A DNA stretch of 64,000 nucleotides from an uncultured Pseudomonadota bacterium (GTDB lineage: Bacteria; Pseudomonadota; Alphaproteobacteria; JACZXZ01): contig CAVVLJ010000017.1 in assembly GCA_963749075.1 (NCBI GenBank), positions 576,001-640,000 on the forward strand. The letters run 5' to 3'. Shown here one piece after another: positions 27,766-38,772 of this stretch (position 1 is its first letter; every line of letters begins with the position of its first letter). The translations under genes and the position numbers were made by a program. The notes below the pieces were generated by a model, which worked only from the letters and a program-made list of their open reading frames with translations, made no database searches and was not told the DNA's origin.

Positions 27766-29071
27766 TCAGCCGGCGGCTGCGCGCTCGTGCACGAGCTCCT
27801 CGATGGCACTCGCCCAGGCCTTGCACGTATGCCGCACGTCGTCCGCCGTATGGGCGAGCGAGACGTAATATTTGCCCTCGCCCTTGAGCACGCCGCGCGC
27901 GCGCAGGAGCGCGTTGAAGCGGCGCTGCAGCTCCACGTCGCCCCGGAGGGTGTCCCGGTAGTCGCGCATCTGGCCCGAGGCGAAGATCACGTCGAAGAGC
28001 GGCGGCTCGCCCACGACCTGGGCCGCGAGCCCGGCGCGCTGCAGGAGCCGCTTGAGCTCCGCCATGAGCTCGCGGCCCGTGGCGAAGAGGCGCTCGTAGG
28101 CGCCGGGCTCTCTCAGGACCTCGAGCGTGGCGAGGCCGGCCACGGCGGCGACCGGGTTGCCGCTGAGCGTGCCCATCTGCACCATGTAGCCCGCCTCGCC
28201 CGCGGCGGCGCGGTCGAAGTGGGACATGATGTCGGCACGCCCGGCGATGGCCGCCAAGGGGAAGCCGCCGCCCACCACCTTGCCGACGGTGCAGATGTCT
28301 GGCACCACGCCGTAATATTCCTGGGCGCCGCCGTAGGCGAAGCGGAAGCCGGTGACGATCTCGTCGAAGATGAGGGGGATGCCGTTCTCGGCGGTGATCT
28401 TGCGCAGTGCTGCGAGGAAGCCGGGTGCCGGCGGGATGATGCGCTGGAAGGGCTCGACGATGACGCCGGCGAGCTCGTCGCGGTGCTCGCGCACGATGCT
28501 CGCGACCGTCTCGGCGTCGTTGAAGGGGGCGATGAGCATCTCGTCGGAGAGGCTCTGCGGGATGCCCGGCGAGTCTGGCACGGCTTGCGGGAAATTGCCC
28601 GAGCGCTTGGGGGCGAGGCTCATGAGCGAATAGTCGCTCATGCCGTGGAAGCCGCCCTCGAACTTGAGGATCTTGTCGCGCTTGCGGAAGGCGCGCGCGA
28701 GACGCATGGCATAGGCGTCCGCTTCCGTGCCGGTCGAGACGAAGCGCACCTTCTCGGCGCAGGGCACGGCCGCGACGATGGCCTCGGCGAGGCGGATGCC
28801 CTGGCGGTTGTTGGCGAAGAAGGTGGTGCCTTGGGCCACCTGGTCTTGCACCGCGGCAGTGACCGCAGGATGCGCGTGGCCGATCAGCATGGGGCCGGAG
28901 CCGAGGAGGAAGTCGACGTACTCGTTGCCGCTCTCGTCCCACACGCGCCCGCCGTGGCCCTCGCGGATCACCACCTCGGAGGCGAAGTTCCCGAAGCTGC
29001 CGCCGGGGAGCACGCGCTTCGCCGTCTCGACGAGCCCGCGCTCGAACGTCGCTCACGTTTTGCATGGCCAT
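27766..29071 (-). CDS. Class III aminotransferase (GSA aminomutase-like); +1 frameshift near 29046
   Basis: G.G.RVWDESGNEYVD, STGTEA, FEGGFHG, LIFDEIVTGFR, GKVVGGGFP, GTLSGNP. The N-terminus MAMQNVSD is in another frame. Confidence 0.88.
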
Positions 29072-29257
29072 GGCATCCCCGCCCGCTTTCTCCGGCGGGC
29101 GATAGTAGCGGAGCCGCGCCATGGTGTCGCTACGGCTGTTGGGCCGAGGCCTGCCTCTTAAGGCACGGTTGCTCCCGGCCGCCAGGACCGCTTGAATGTC
29201 CCGGCGCCGGCTCGGCGGGCGGCAGCCGGGTTGCGCCATGGCATGAGGGCAGGCGGC

Positions 29258-30481
29258 ATGAGCGGCGAGACTCCCCTCATCGAGCGCTCCGGCGGCCCGT
29301 GGCGCTGCCTCGCCGAGATCCTGCTCGTCTTCCTCCGCCTGGGGCTCACCTCGTTCGGCGGGCCGGTGGCGCACCTCGGCTATTTCCGCGAGGAGCTCGT
29401 GGCCCGGCGGCGCTGGCTCGACGAGCGCGCCTACGCCGATCTCGTCGCCCTCTGCCAGTTCCTCCCCGGACCGGCGAGCAGCCAGGTCGGCTTCGCCATC
29501 GGCCTCATGCGCGGCGGCCTCTCAGGCGGCCTTCTCGCCTGGGCCGGCTTCACGCTGCCTTCGGCGCTCGCCTTGACGCTCTTCGGTTACGGCGCTCGAG
29601 CCTATGGCGGGCTCGCCGGCACGGGGCTGCTCCACGGCCTCCAGTTGGCCGCCGTCGCCGTGGTCGCCCGGGCGCTCTGGGGCATGGCCCGCGTGCTGGC
29701 ACCCGACCGGCCGCGCGCGACGATCGCCATCGCCGCGGCGCTCGTGGTCCTCGCCTGGCCGGGCCCGCTCGGCCAGATCGCCGCGATCTTGGGCGGCGGC
29801 GTCATCGGCTGGCGGCACTTCAAGGCGGCCCCGGCAGGGGAGCGGCAGGCGCCGGCTGCGGCCATCGGCCGCGGCATGGCGCTCGTCTCGCTCGCCCTCT
29901 TCCTCCTCCTCTTGGGCCTGCTGCCGTTCCTGGCCGAGCTCGTGCCGAGCCACGCGCTGCAGCTCGTCGACCGCTTCTACCGCGCGGGCGCCCTTGTGTT
30001 CGGCGGCGGGCACGTCGTGCTGCCGCTCCTGCAGTCCGCGGTGGTGCCGCCGGGCTGGATCGCGAACGACGCGTTTCTCGCGGGCTATGGTGCTGCCCAG
30101 GCGGTGCCCGGGCCGCTCTTCACCTTCGCCGCCTATCTCGGCACGGTGATGGAGCCGGGCCCCAACGGCTGGCTCGGGGCAGCACTCTGCCTGGCCGCGA
30201 TCTACCTGCCGACCTTTCTTCTCGTCGTCGGCGCGGTGCCGTTCTGGGATTATGCGCGGGCGCATCCGGGCTTGCGCTCGGCCCTCGTCGGGGTGAATGC
30301 CGCGGTGGTCGGCCTTCTCCTGGCCGTGCTCTATCGCCCCGGCTGGACGAGTGCCGTGACCGGCACGGCCGACTTCATGCTGGTGCTGGCGGCGTTCCTG
30401 CTGCTCGCCTTTTGGCGCACCCCGCCGTGGCTCGTCGTTCTCCTCGCGGCCGTGGCGGGGTGGCTGCTGCGCCTATCCTGA
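29258..30481 (+). CDS. chrA: Chromate efflux transporter (long-chain CHR)
   Basis: LGLTSFGGPVAH, LCQFLPGPASSQ, VFGGGHVVLPLL, AQAVPGPLF. Confidence 0.93.
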   Translation: MSGETPLIERSGGPWRCLAEILLVFLRLGLTSFGGPVAHLGYFREELVARRRWLDERAYADLVALCQFLPGPASSQVGFAIGLMRGGLSGGLLAWAGFTLPSALALTLFGYGARAYGGLAGTGLLHGLQLAAVAVVARALWGMARVLAPDRPRATIAIAAALVVLAWPGPLGQIAAILGGGVIGWRHFKAAPAGERQAPAAAIGRGMALVSLALFLLLLGLLPFLAELVPSHALQLVDRFYRAGALVFGGGHVVLPLLQSAVVPPGWIANDAFLAGYGAAQAVPGPLFTFAAYLGTVMEPGPNGWLGAALCLAAIYLPTFLLVVGAVPFWDYARAHPGLRSALVGVNAAVVGLLLAVLYRPGWTSAVTGTADFMLVLAAFLLLAFWRTPPWLVVLLAAVAGWLLRLS

Positions 30482-30510
30482 GCACGGCCCCACGGGCGGC
30501 AGAGCGATGC

Positions 30511-30846
30511 TCAGCGCTGGAACGGACTGTTCGGGCCGAAGCCGTAGCCGAAGGGGGCCAGCTGAGGGGGTTGTGAGGGGTCGAGGTAGGTGCTCGAGCG
30601 GTCGGCGCCGTAGCCGCCGCCGGTGATGGAGAAGCTCAAGCCCGAGTTGCCGAAATTGTAGCTCTTGGCACCGTTGGGGTCGCTCGTCAGCTTCTGGATC
30701 GGCGCGTCCTCGCCGGGATTGGCGAGCTGCTGGCTGCCGCCGGACTGGGAGGGGCTGACCGGCTCGAGGGTGAAGGCGCACGCCGGCCCCGCACCCCAAA
30801 GGAGCGCAAGCACGATCGCCGAAATCCCCGCCGCCAGATACCGCAT
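30511..30846 (-). CDS. Hypothetical secreted protein
   Basis: GGAG RBS and Sec signal peptide ending ACA-FT. Confidence 0.6.
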   Translation of the reverse strand: MRYLAAGISAIVLALLWGAGPACAFTLEPVSPSQSGGSQQLANPGEDAPIQKLTSDPNGAKSYNFGNSGLSFSITGGGYGADRSSTYLDPSQPPQLAPFGYGFGPNSPFQR

Positions 30847-30932
30847 GGCCGCTCCGCCTCCGAGCGCTCCAATTTAGGCGCGCCGGCCGCGGAATGCAAG
30901 GCCGCGGCGAGGGGCGAGGAAGTGCCGTCCGC

Positions 30933-33167
30933 CTAGAAACGATAGCGCATGCCGACGAAGACCACGTTGACGAAGTAGGACGGGTTGGCGTCGCCCGGCA
31001 AAAGCCCGGTCGAGTAGGCCGTCGCCGAAGTAAGGGCGAAATCCTGGTAATCCAGGCGCTCCAAGGTATCGCCGATGAAGAGCATGACGTTGGACTGCAG
31101 ATTGTACTCGACGCGCAGGGTCAGGCTGTTGAGCAGCGATACCACGTCGGGGAGCGGCGCCGTCGCCAGGCTGGAGTTGGCCGGCGCCCCGAGTGCGAGC
31201 GTGCCGCCGTCCGAGATCACGAAACCGGTGTCGCCGTAGGAGAGATTGTAGCCGAGCTTGACCTTGAGGCGGTCGGGAATTGCCTTCCATTCGGCATCGA
31301 GGCCGACGCTGTGGACCTGATCGGTCGTCTTGCCGTTCCATTGGCCGTTGCACCCGGCCGTCGTGGTGAAGCCGTTGGCGTTGCAGGTCGTGCTCGTCCA
31401 ATAGACGGAGTTCTGATCGTAGTAGACCCTCTGATAGGTATAGTAGCCGTGGAACGTGAGGTCCTCCGTCGGCTGCCAGGTGATATCCGGCCCGAGCGAG
31501 ATGCTCTCGTTGTTCCTCAGCCCCAGCGTCGATTGCGAGTAATCGTCGTTGTCGTACTTGATCATGAACGTGCCGTTGAGGGTGTGGTTCGGCGAGAAGT
31601 CGAGCGTGCCCTTGACCTCGTCGCGGGTGCGCGACGCCTCGTAGAACTTGAAGAGGCCGCCGAAGTCCAGGTTGCCGGCGTTGTCCAGGAAGTCCCACGG
31701 CGCGTTCTGGTTGTAATTGTGGGCATCGCGCATGGCGTGGGAATATCCGAGGCTGCCGTTGACGTCGTCCAGGATATGGCTGCGTACCTTGCCGCCGAAG
31801 GTGTTCTCCGTCACGTCCTTGGTATCCGCAAAGGTGCGCAAGGTGCTGTCGTAGTCATAGTCCAGCGTGAGCTTCGTCTCATCCAGCACCCGGTAGCCGC
31901 CCTCGAGCGACGCCTTCTGGTGGATATAGCTCGACGGCGTGTTGGAGTATCCGGTGGGCCCCGTGTTGGCGAGGGCATCGCCGACGGCGGTGACGTAATG
32001 GCTGCGCGGGGTCATGTTGTCGCGGTCGTCGATCGTGTAGCTCGCCCGCACGTTCACTCGATCCAGCGGCTCCGAGGTGATTGCCGCATTGCCGAAGATC
32101 GTGTTGACCAGCCCGTCGAGGCTCGAGCGCGGTATCGAAATCCCGGTCGCGTTCACATTGCCGGTCGAGGGCGCGAAGGCGTCGTTCTGCATCTGCAGCC
32201 CGTAGGCGAAATTGACGTTGAGCCGCGTCCTCGGCGTGACATTGAGACCGACCTGGGCCTTGACCTGATGGGCCGAGTTGCTCGGCGGCGTGCTCCAATA
32301 GGCGCTCAAGCCGGCGACGCCGGGTCCGAAAGTCGCGGCCGACAAGGCAAAGGGATTCTGACCCTGGAAATAGGTCGTGTTGTCGTTGAAGGCGGAGAAC
32401 GTGTAGCCGAGCTGGGCCTGCAGGCGGGCGCCGTTATATTGCGCCATGGCCTCGTAGCGGCCGGTGTCGTAGTTGATCGGCTCGGGGAAATAGAGAACCG
32501 CACCGGTGGTCACGGCGCTGTAGGACGGCGAGACCGGGGTGCCGCCGAAGGTCAGGCCGGTCTCCTTGATGCCCTCCTTGTGCTCCTGGCGAATGTTCGT
32601 GCTGAAGACCCAATCGCCCACCTGATAGTGGGCATTGCCGCCGAAGATGTTGCGCTGGGTCTTCGCCTCGAGGACGTTCAGCTTGCCCGTGAGCGACGTG
32701 GCAGATCCCACGCTGCCCTTGGCTATGCCCGCCGCAAGCGAGCCGTTTGGATTGTAGACGCTGTGGAAGGTGTTGGAGCCATAATAGGGAATGCCGTCGT
32801 AGTAGAACTTCAGGCCCCATGTGCCCTGCTGGCCGTAGGCGGCGCTGACGGAGCGGGACGTGAGTCCCAGATTGGCGGCCTCGATGTCCCAATAGTGCGT
32901 CCCGCCGGAGTCCCAGGGGTCGTGGCCGCGATAGGTGAAGTCGCCGATCGCGAAACCCGGATCGACCAGCCCGGTGAAGCGGCCGAAGAGGAAGGACTTG
33001 CCGCTGACGTAGCCGGCGCCGACGGTGACCTCATTGGTGCCGCTGGGCTCCGCATTCGCATCGGGAGCGCTTGTCCCAGCGTTGGTGCTTTGAGCCTGCT
33101 GCGCGCGGACTGCAAGCGGCACGAGACAGCTTGCCGCCAATGCCGCGACGATCAATGTGCGCTTCAT
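30933..33167 (-). CDS. mtrB: MtrB/PioB-family outer-membrane beta-barrel
   Basis: 744 aa with signal peptide, FGRFTGL, PEPINYDT, FQGQNPF, PPSNSAHQ, beta-strand-rich sequence and C-terminal MRYRF. Immediately downstream of the decaheme gene. Confidence 0.9.
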   Translation of the reverse strand: MKRTLIVAALAASCLVPLAVRAQQAQSTNAGTSAPDANAEPSGTNEVTVGAGYVSGKSFLFGRFTGLVDPGFAIGDFTYRGHDPWDSGGTHYWDIEAANLGLTSRSVSAAYGQQGTWGLKFYYDGIPYYGSNTFHSVYNPNGSLAAGIAKGSVGSATSLTGKLNVLEAKTQRNIFGGNAHYQVGDWVFSTNIRQEHKEGIKETGLTFGGTPVSPSYSAVTTGAVLYFPEPINYDTGRYEAMAQYNGARLQAQLGYTFSAFNDNTTYFQGQNPFALSAATFGPGVAGLSAYWSTPPSNSAHQVKAQVGLNVTPRTRLNVNFAYGLQMQNDAFAPSTGNVNATGISIPRSSLDGLVNTIFGNAAITSEPLDRVNVRASYTIDDRDNMTPRSHYVTAVGDALANTGPTGYSNTPSSYIHQKASLEGGYRVLDETKLTLDYDYDSTLRTFADTKDVTENTFGGKVRSHILDDVNGSLGYSHAMRDAHNYNQNAPWDFLDNAGNLDFGGLFKFYEASRTRDEVKGTLDFSPNHTLNGTFMIKYDNDDYSQSTLGLRNNESISLGPDITWQPTEDLTFHGYYTYQRVYYDQNSVYWTSTTCNANGFTTTAGCNGQWNGKTTDQVHSVGLDAEWKAIPDRLKVKLGYNLSYGDTGFVISDGGTLALGAPANSSLATAPLPDVVSLLNSLTLRVEYNLQSNVMLFIGDTLERLDYQDFALTSATAYSTGLLPGDANPSYFVNVVFVGMRYRF

Positions 33168-33221
33168 GGTCGCCCCCCATACGCGACTCGCAGTTACGCC
33201 CCAAACTCCCCCGTCAAGCGC

Positions 33222-34193
33222 TCACCGTAAGAAAGCGGCTCCCGCCGGATTGTTCGAACCGTGGATCTGGGAGTGGCAATTGATGCAGCCGTGCGCCATC
33301 AGCTGGAACTTCCCGATGATGGCCCCAGCGAACGTGCCCCCAACCGTGTTCGCGCCGCTATAGGGCTCGCCCGGGTGGAACGTGGTGTCGTGGCAATTCT
33401 GGCAGAGATACGGCGGACGCTCCTTCAGCAGGCGGGCCTGGGTGGAGCCGTGCGGCGTGTGGCAATTGGTGCAGTCCTCCGCCACCGGCGGGTGCTCCCA
33501 GAGAAGCGGACCGCGCTTCTCCGCGTGGCAGGTGTAGCAAGTCTCGTTGATGGTGTACTCCTTGAGGGCCTTCGGACCCGGAGAGCCGTGCGGATTGTGG
33601 CAGTCCGAGCACACCACTTTGCCCTCGCGGATCGGGTGGTGCGAGTACTCGAAGCTCTGCGCACGCTGCTCGGCGTGGCAGGTGAAGCACACCTGCGGCT
33701 GCGTCGCCTTGACCAGCACGGGATCCTTCGCCGCATGCGCGGTGTGGCAGTTGACGCAGGCGACCCCGCTGCTCTCCATCAGGCTGCCCTTCCAGTTCAT
33801 GCGCAGGCCCGACTCGTGACAGCTCAGGCAGACGCCGTTGCGCGCCTCGACCGGCGATTTCTTGGCGCCTCGGAAGACGATCGCCGGCAACACCGTCGTC
33901 GGCGACGCCACATGCGCGGCGCTCGGTCCGTGACAGGTCTCGCAGCCCTGCTGGGCGAACGGCGTGCGCGAATCGCCCGTCACCGCCATCGGCGTCTGGA
34001 ATATGAGGTTAACGGGAGCCTGGTCGTGGCAGCCGAGGCACGTCTTCGTGCCCCCTTCGGCATAGGCTCCGGCCGCTGCTTGCGCCGCCTGCGCTTGCGC
34101 CACCTGCTGTGGCTCGGTCGCCTGCGCCGTCAGCGTCCACCACGCGGCGCCCAGTGCGCACAGAACTCCGACCGTCAGCCTCGCGTTCGCCAT
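33222..34193 (-). CDS. mtrA: Decaheme c-type cytochrome (MtrA/MtoA/PioA/DmsE family)
   Basis: Ten CxxCH motifs, CYTCHAEKRGP.LWEHPPV.EDC.NCH.PHGS, and C-terminal CHSQIHGSN.PAG. Confidence 0.95.
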   Translation of the reverse strand: MANARLTVGVLCALGAAWWTLTAQATEPQQVAQAQAAQAAAGAYAEGGTKTCLGCHDQAPVNLIFQTPMAVTGDSRTPFAQQGCETCHGPSAAHVASPTTVLPAIVFRGAKKSPVEARNGVCLSCHESGLRMNWKGSLMESSGVACVNCHTAHAAKDPVLVKATQPQVCFTCHAEQRAQSFEYSHHPIREGKVVCSDCHNPHGSPGPKALKEYTINETCYTCHAEKRGPLLWEHPPVAEDCTNCHTPHGSTQARLLKERPPYLCQNCHDTTFHPGEPYSGANTVGGTFAGAIIGKFQLMAHGCINCHSQIHGSNNPAGAAFLR

Positions 34194-34687
34194 GGAGCTC
34201 CCCCTCCGCTTCGTGGAGCGCTGATTTGTTGCAGCCGCGCTCCGCTAGCGTCGCGTCTAACTCATGTTGCCGCTCTTCGCATCTTTGCCGTTCTTAGAAG
34301 CCTCTCCTCGTTCCGCGAGCGTCTAACCATTGACCGCGACGACATCGGCGCCGCCCCAAGCGAGGGGCAGCGCGTTCGCGGGAGACAGGCGATGGAAGAG
34401 AACCGCCGTGCGGCCGGCATGCAGCGCCTGGCGCGATCGCCCTGCATCGCGTGCGGCGTGCGCCAGCTTGCGGCTAAGCTGCACTGACACGGCGCCCTTG
34501 GCGAAGCCCCCTAGGGGTTCACCCGGCGCAGCCGCCCCTCTGCACATCGACGCCCCCCATGAGCCGGCCACCCTCAGTCTTAACCCGTCCCCTCAACGCC
34601 AGCCTTCATTCATCTGGACCATTCCGCTCGTCCTTGTGAATGAACGCCTTTTTCAGCCACTGGTACTCTCCGAGGGTTCGCTTGCTT

Positions 34688-34725
34688 TTTGTAGTGCCAG
34701 GATCATATTTTCAATTAATACCAGA
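34688..34725 (-). promoter_or_regulatory. Candidate MocR-type operator, copy 1
   Basis: Plus strand TTTGTAGTGCCAGG-N16-ATACCAGA, with arms and spacing identical to 50530-50567. Confidence 0.6.
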
Positions 34726-34838
34726 CCTATCTTCGTTGTAGACGCTCTCCGCGGCCCCTCGGTTCTCGCCGCAGCGGATGCCGCTCTCGACCTCGACGCG
34801 GCGAGACCATTTCCTACGGTCGATCGACATCTCGGTCT

Positions 34839-34852
34839 CTGATCTGGATCAA
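34839..34852. promoter_or_regulatory. FNR/FnrL/FixK-type box
   Basis: CTGAT-CTGG-ATCAA, one mismatch to TTGAT-N4-ATCAA, in the region between mtrA and the heptaheme gene. Confidence 0.6.
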
Positions 34853-35127
34853 TGCCGCGAGCCGGAGCTGCGCGAGCGGCCATCCCCGCGCTCCCCGGAC
34901 GACCCTGGCGCTCGACGGCCAGATCGGCCGAGTCGCATAGAAAAATCAGAATGATAACGGCTTCGACGGGGCCTGCGACGGGAGCGACGGCCGCCGCACT
35001 CCGGCCGCGCGATGCGGCCGGTTGCCCTCGCAATTCAGCCCGGCGAGGTCCAATTCCGGTCTTGTCTGCAGCCGCGATGGGCGTACTCTCCCGACGATAA
35101 GGGCTGGGTTACTCGGCCATCTGGGGA

Positions 35128-36940
35128 ATGTCGGATCAAACGGGGAGATCCAGTCCGATGCGACGTGCGAGACTTGCCGTGTGGCTCACGGCAGCCGTCT
35201 TTGGCGGCATGATGTGTTGTCCCGCAACGCCGAGCGCCTGGTCGGCGGAGAGCGCCGCGGCCGGCTCTCATTCCGCCGACCCCGCGGCCGCATCTCCGGA
35301 CCTCAACGACAACGCGACCTGCCTGGCGTGCCATGGCAACCCGGACTTCATCGTGCCGCGGGCCGACGGAAGCGTGCGCTCGCTCTACATCGACAAGAAC
35401 CATTTTGCTGCCAGCGTGCACGGCAAGCTGCTGGTGTGCGTCAATTGCCACACCAAGATCACCGAAATCCCCCACAGGGACGTGTCGAAGACCCTGCTCG
35501 CGTGGCGCCAGAGCATTCCTCCCATATGCGGCACCTGCCACGCCGACCAGCTCAGCCAGTACATGACGTTGGTGCACGCCAAGGAGATCATGAAGGACGG
35601 CAATCCCAAGGCAGCCGTCTGCTCGGATTGCCACGGCGCGCACAACATCGCGAACCCCACACCCGAGCATGTCAGGTTCACCATCATAGAGAACTGCGGC
35701 AACTGCCACCAAGCGCAACTGAAGAGCTACCTCCAGACCTACCACGGCCAGGTCACCATCCTGGGCTACGGGTACACGGCCAAGTGTTTCGACTGCCACG
35801 GCAATCATGCCATCGTGCCGGTCGGCAGCCCGGCATCCCCGGTCTATCCGGCGAACCGGCTCAAGACCTGCCGGAAATGCCACACGCATGCGACGGCCGG
35901 CTTCGAGACGTTCGAGCCCCACGCCACGACCAACAACCTCTCGCGCTATCCCTATACCTGGCTCGCATCGAAATTCATGTTCGCGCTCCTCGGCGGCACG
36001 TTCGCGTTTTTCTGGACGCATTCGGCGCTGTGGTACTACCGCGAGGTGCGGGACCACCTGGCGATGAAGCATCGGCCGCACGTCAAGACGGCCGAGCTGC
36101 TGCAGGACAAGCCCGTCTACTACCAGCGCTGGAGCGCCATGTGGCGCATCGCCCACCTTTCCTTCGCGATCTGCATGATCGCGCTGATCCTCACCGGCAT
36201 GACCCTGTTCTATGCCGACAGCTTCTGGGCGCCGGCGGTCCAGAGGGCGTTCGGCGGCCCGCGCATCACCGGCACGGTCCACCGCATCTTCGCGGTCGTG
36301 TTCGTGTCGATCTTCGTCGCCCACCTCGGCTACGTGGTGGTGCGCGTCGGCAGGCAGTTGCGCACGTTCGACTGGTTCGGGCCGTACTCGATGGTCCCCA
36401 GCCTGAAGGACCTCGAGGACGCCATCGGGATGTTCAGGTGGTTCTTCGGCCTCGGCCCGCAGCCCCTGTTCGACAAGTGGACCTACTGGCAGAAGTTCGA
36501 CTACTGGGCGCCGTTCTGGGGCGTCACCATCATCGGCGTGAGCGGCGCCATGATGTGGTTCAACACCTTGACGGCATCCTACCTGCCCGGGTGGGTGTTC
36601 AACGTCGCCATGATCTTCCACGGCGAGGAGGCCTTCCTGGCCGCCGCGTTCCTCTTCACGGTGCATTTCTTCAACAACCACTGGAGGCCGGAGAACTTCC
36701 CGCTCGACACCATGATGTTCACCGGCGTCATGCCGCTGGAGAAATTCAAGCGGGAGCATATCATCGAGTACAACCAACTCGTCGCATCGGGCCGGCTCGC
36801 GGACTACATCGTCCACGCGCCGTCGCGGCCCATGACGGTCGGCTCCAAGATTTCTGGGCTTCACCCTGATGGCGGCAGGCCTGATCCTCCTGGTCCTGAT
36901 CATGAACGGCTTCGCGCACAACCTGATCACAGGCGAATGA
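35128..36940 (+). CDS. Heptaheme cytochrome c fused to a membrane cytochrome b domain (CbcL-like); +1 frameshift near 36852
   Basis: Seven CxxCH, then TM helices with His residues (WRIAH, GTVHR, IFHGEEAFLA, FTVHFF) and KWTYWQKFDYWA. The last TM helix (ILGFTLMAAGLILLVLIM...TGA 36938) is in the shifted frame. Confidence 0.88.
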
Positions 36941-37140
36941 TCATGGGCCGCAGGCTTCCGGCGGCCAGGAGAAGAGACTCGCTTGGCCCCGTTGCGGAGC
37001 AACCGATCGCGCGCCGCTGACATCGCCGCCGCAGTGCAGCTCCATTATCGCCTGCGCCGCATTGATCCAAGGCGAAGTTCAGGGCTAAGCTCCCGGCGCG
37101 CGCAGGGTCTCGGGCGGAGCGGTGGCAGCCGGAGAACGGC

Positions 37141-38772
37141 ATGAATCGGCAAAGCCTCAAGTTCAAGGTCGGTCTCTATCTCACCGCGGCACTTTCCCTG
37201 GCGGTGGTTCTGTTCACCGTGGTGGTCGCCTGGAATCAGCGGAACGAGCTGCTCGACACGGTGGCCGGCTACGTCATCCAGCTTTCCGAGGTCATTACCA
37301 GAAGCACGCGTTTCGCAATGCTTCAGAATCAGCCCGCCTACGTGGATACCATCATCCGCGACGTAGCCCAGCAGGAAGGCATCGACAGGATCAGGATCTT
37401 CAGCGCGGACGGCAGGATCACGCATTCGACCTACCCTCCCGAGATCGGCCAGATCGTGGACCGCAAGGCCGAAGGCTGCTCGCTGTGCCACCAGACCGAG
37501 AAGCCGCTCGAGGAAGTTCCCATGGGCAAGCGGACATGGACCTTCACGGCCCCCGGAGGAGAGCGTCTTTTGGGCAGCATGCAGGTGATCCGCAATGCGC
37601 CCTCCTGCTACAACGCCGCCTGTCATCAGCACGCCAAGGACACCCCCGTGCTCGGCGTCCTCGATATCCGCTATTCGCTGAACGACATGGATCGGAGGAT
37701 CCGCGGGAACGTGCTTACGATCATCGCATTTTCCCTGGGATTCGTGCTCGTCGCCTCGCTCACGGTCGGCCTTTTCGCCCACCCTCTGGTCTATGTGCCG
37801 CTGCGCGATTTGGAAGCCGGGGCGAGGCGCATCGCCGCCGGCAATCTGGAGGAGCCCATTCCGGTGCGGAGCGGCGACGAGTTCGGCGAGCTTGCGCGCT
37901 CCTTCAATGCCATGACGGCAGCGCTGCGGAATTCCCGCTCGGAGCTGCGCGAGTGGGCGGCGACGCTCGAGCAGAAAGTCGAGAGAAGAACCGAGCAGCT
38001 CCGCATTGCCCAGGCCGAAGCCACGCGGGGAGAAAAGCTGGCTTCGGTCGGACTGCTCGCCTCCGGCATCGCCCACGAGCTGAACAATCCGTTGACCGGC
38101 GTCCTCACCTTCTCGCAGCTGCTGCGGGAAAAGATGGCGGACGGGAGCCAGGACGCGGAGGACATGGACCTCGTGATCCGGGAAACCAGGAGGTGCGCCA
38201 GCATCATCCGAAGGCTGCTCGATTTCGCGCGAGAGAAGCCGCCGGAGAAGAAATTCGCCGACCTCAACCAGATCATCGAAGACACCGCCCGTCTCGTCGA
38301 ACGGCCCGCCCATTTGCGCGATATCGCCGTCACCCTGGACCTCGACCGAACCCTGCCGCAGGCCTGGATCGACCCGGACCAGATCAAGCAGGTCGTCATG
38401 AACCTGCTCGTCAACGCCCAGCATGCGATCGACGGAGAGGGCGGCATCGTTGTGCGCACGCGGCAAGTGCCGCACCCGAGAGCCTCGCAACCTGGCGCCA
38501 CCGCCGCGCCGATGGTGGAATTTTCGGTCAGCGATACCGGATGCGGAATACCCAATGAAAACTTCGGGCGGATTTTCGATCCCTTCTTCACCACCAAGAT
38601 CGGAATGGGCACGGGACTGGGATTGTCCGTCAGCCATGGCATCGTCGAGGCTCATGGCGGTACGATCGAAGTCGAAAGCGAAGTGGGGGAGGGCTCCACA
38701 TTCCGGGTCCGCCTCCCTCTCGTCCGGTCGCCCGAACTCGTGGACAGCGGCAGTCGAGGGAACATTTCGTGA
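37141..38772 (+). CDS. Sensor histidine kinase with periplasmic heme-c motif and HAMP domain
   Basis: Two TM helices flank CSLCH and CYNAACH. HAMP (DEFGELARSFN.M), IAHELNNPL, NLLVNA, DTGCGI, FFTTK, GTGLGL. Confidence 0.93.
   Translation: MNRQSLKFKVGLYLTAALSLAVVLFTVVVAWNQRNELLDTVAGYVIQLSEVITRSTRFAMLQNQPAYVDTIIRDVAQQEGIDRIRIFSADGRITHSTYPPEIGQIVDRKAEGCSLCHQTEKPLEEVPMGKRTWTFTAPGGERLLGSMQVIRNAPSCYNAACHQHAKDTPVLGVLDIRYSLNDMDRRIRGNVLTIIAFSLGFVLVASLTVGLFAHPLVYVPLRDLEAGARRIAAGNLEEPIPVRSGDEFGELARSFNAMTAALRNSRSELREWAATLEQKVERRTEQLRIAQAEATRGEKLASVGLLASGIAHELNNPLTGVLTFSQLLREKMADGSQDAEDMDLVIRETRRCASIIRRLLDFAREKPPEKKFADLNQIIEDTARLVERPAHLRDIAVTLDLDRTLPQAWIDPDQIKQVVMNLLVNAQHAIDGEGGIVVRTRQVPHPRASQPGATAAPMVEFSVSDTGCGIPNENFGRIFDPFFTTKIGMGTGLGLSVSHGIVEAHGGTIEVESEVGEGSTFRVRLPLVRSPELVDSGSRGNIS

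Noticed and set aside
34685-34700. TGGCAC on the minus strand as a sigma54 promoter for mtrAB
   Set aside because: The GG-to-GC spacing is one base too long and TTGC is absent. It is better explained as part of the repeated operator.
34200-35100. ORFs in the long region between mtrA and the heptaheme gene
   Set aside because: No RBS, motif or codon support. The region holds FNR and operator sites.
37062-37075. TTGAT half-site upstream of the sensor kinase
   Set aside because: The second half (GGCGA) is too far from ATCAA to call an FNR box.
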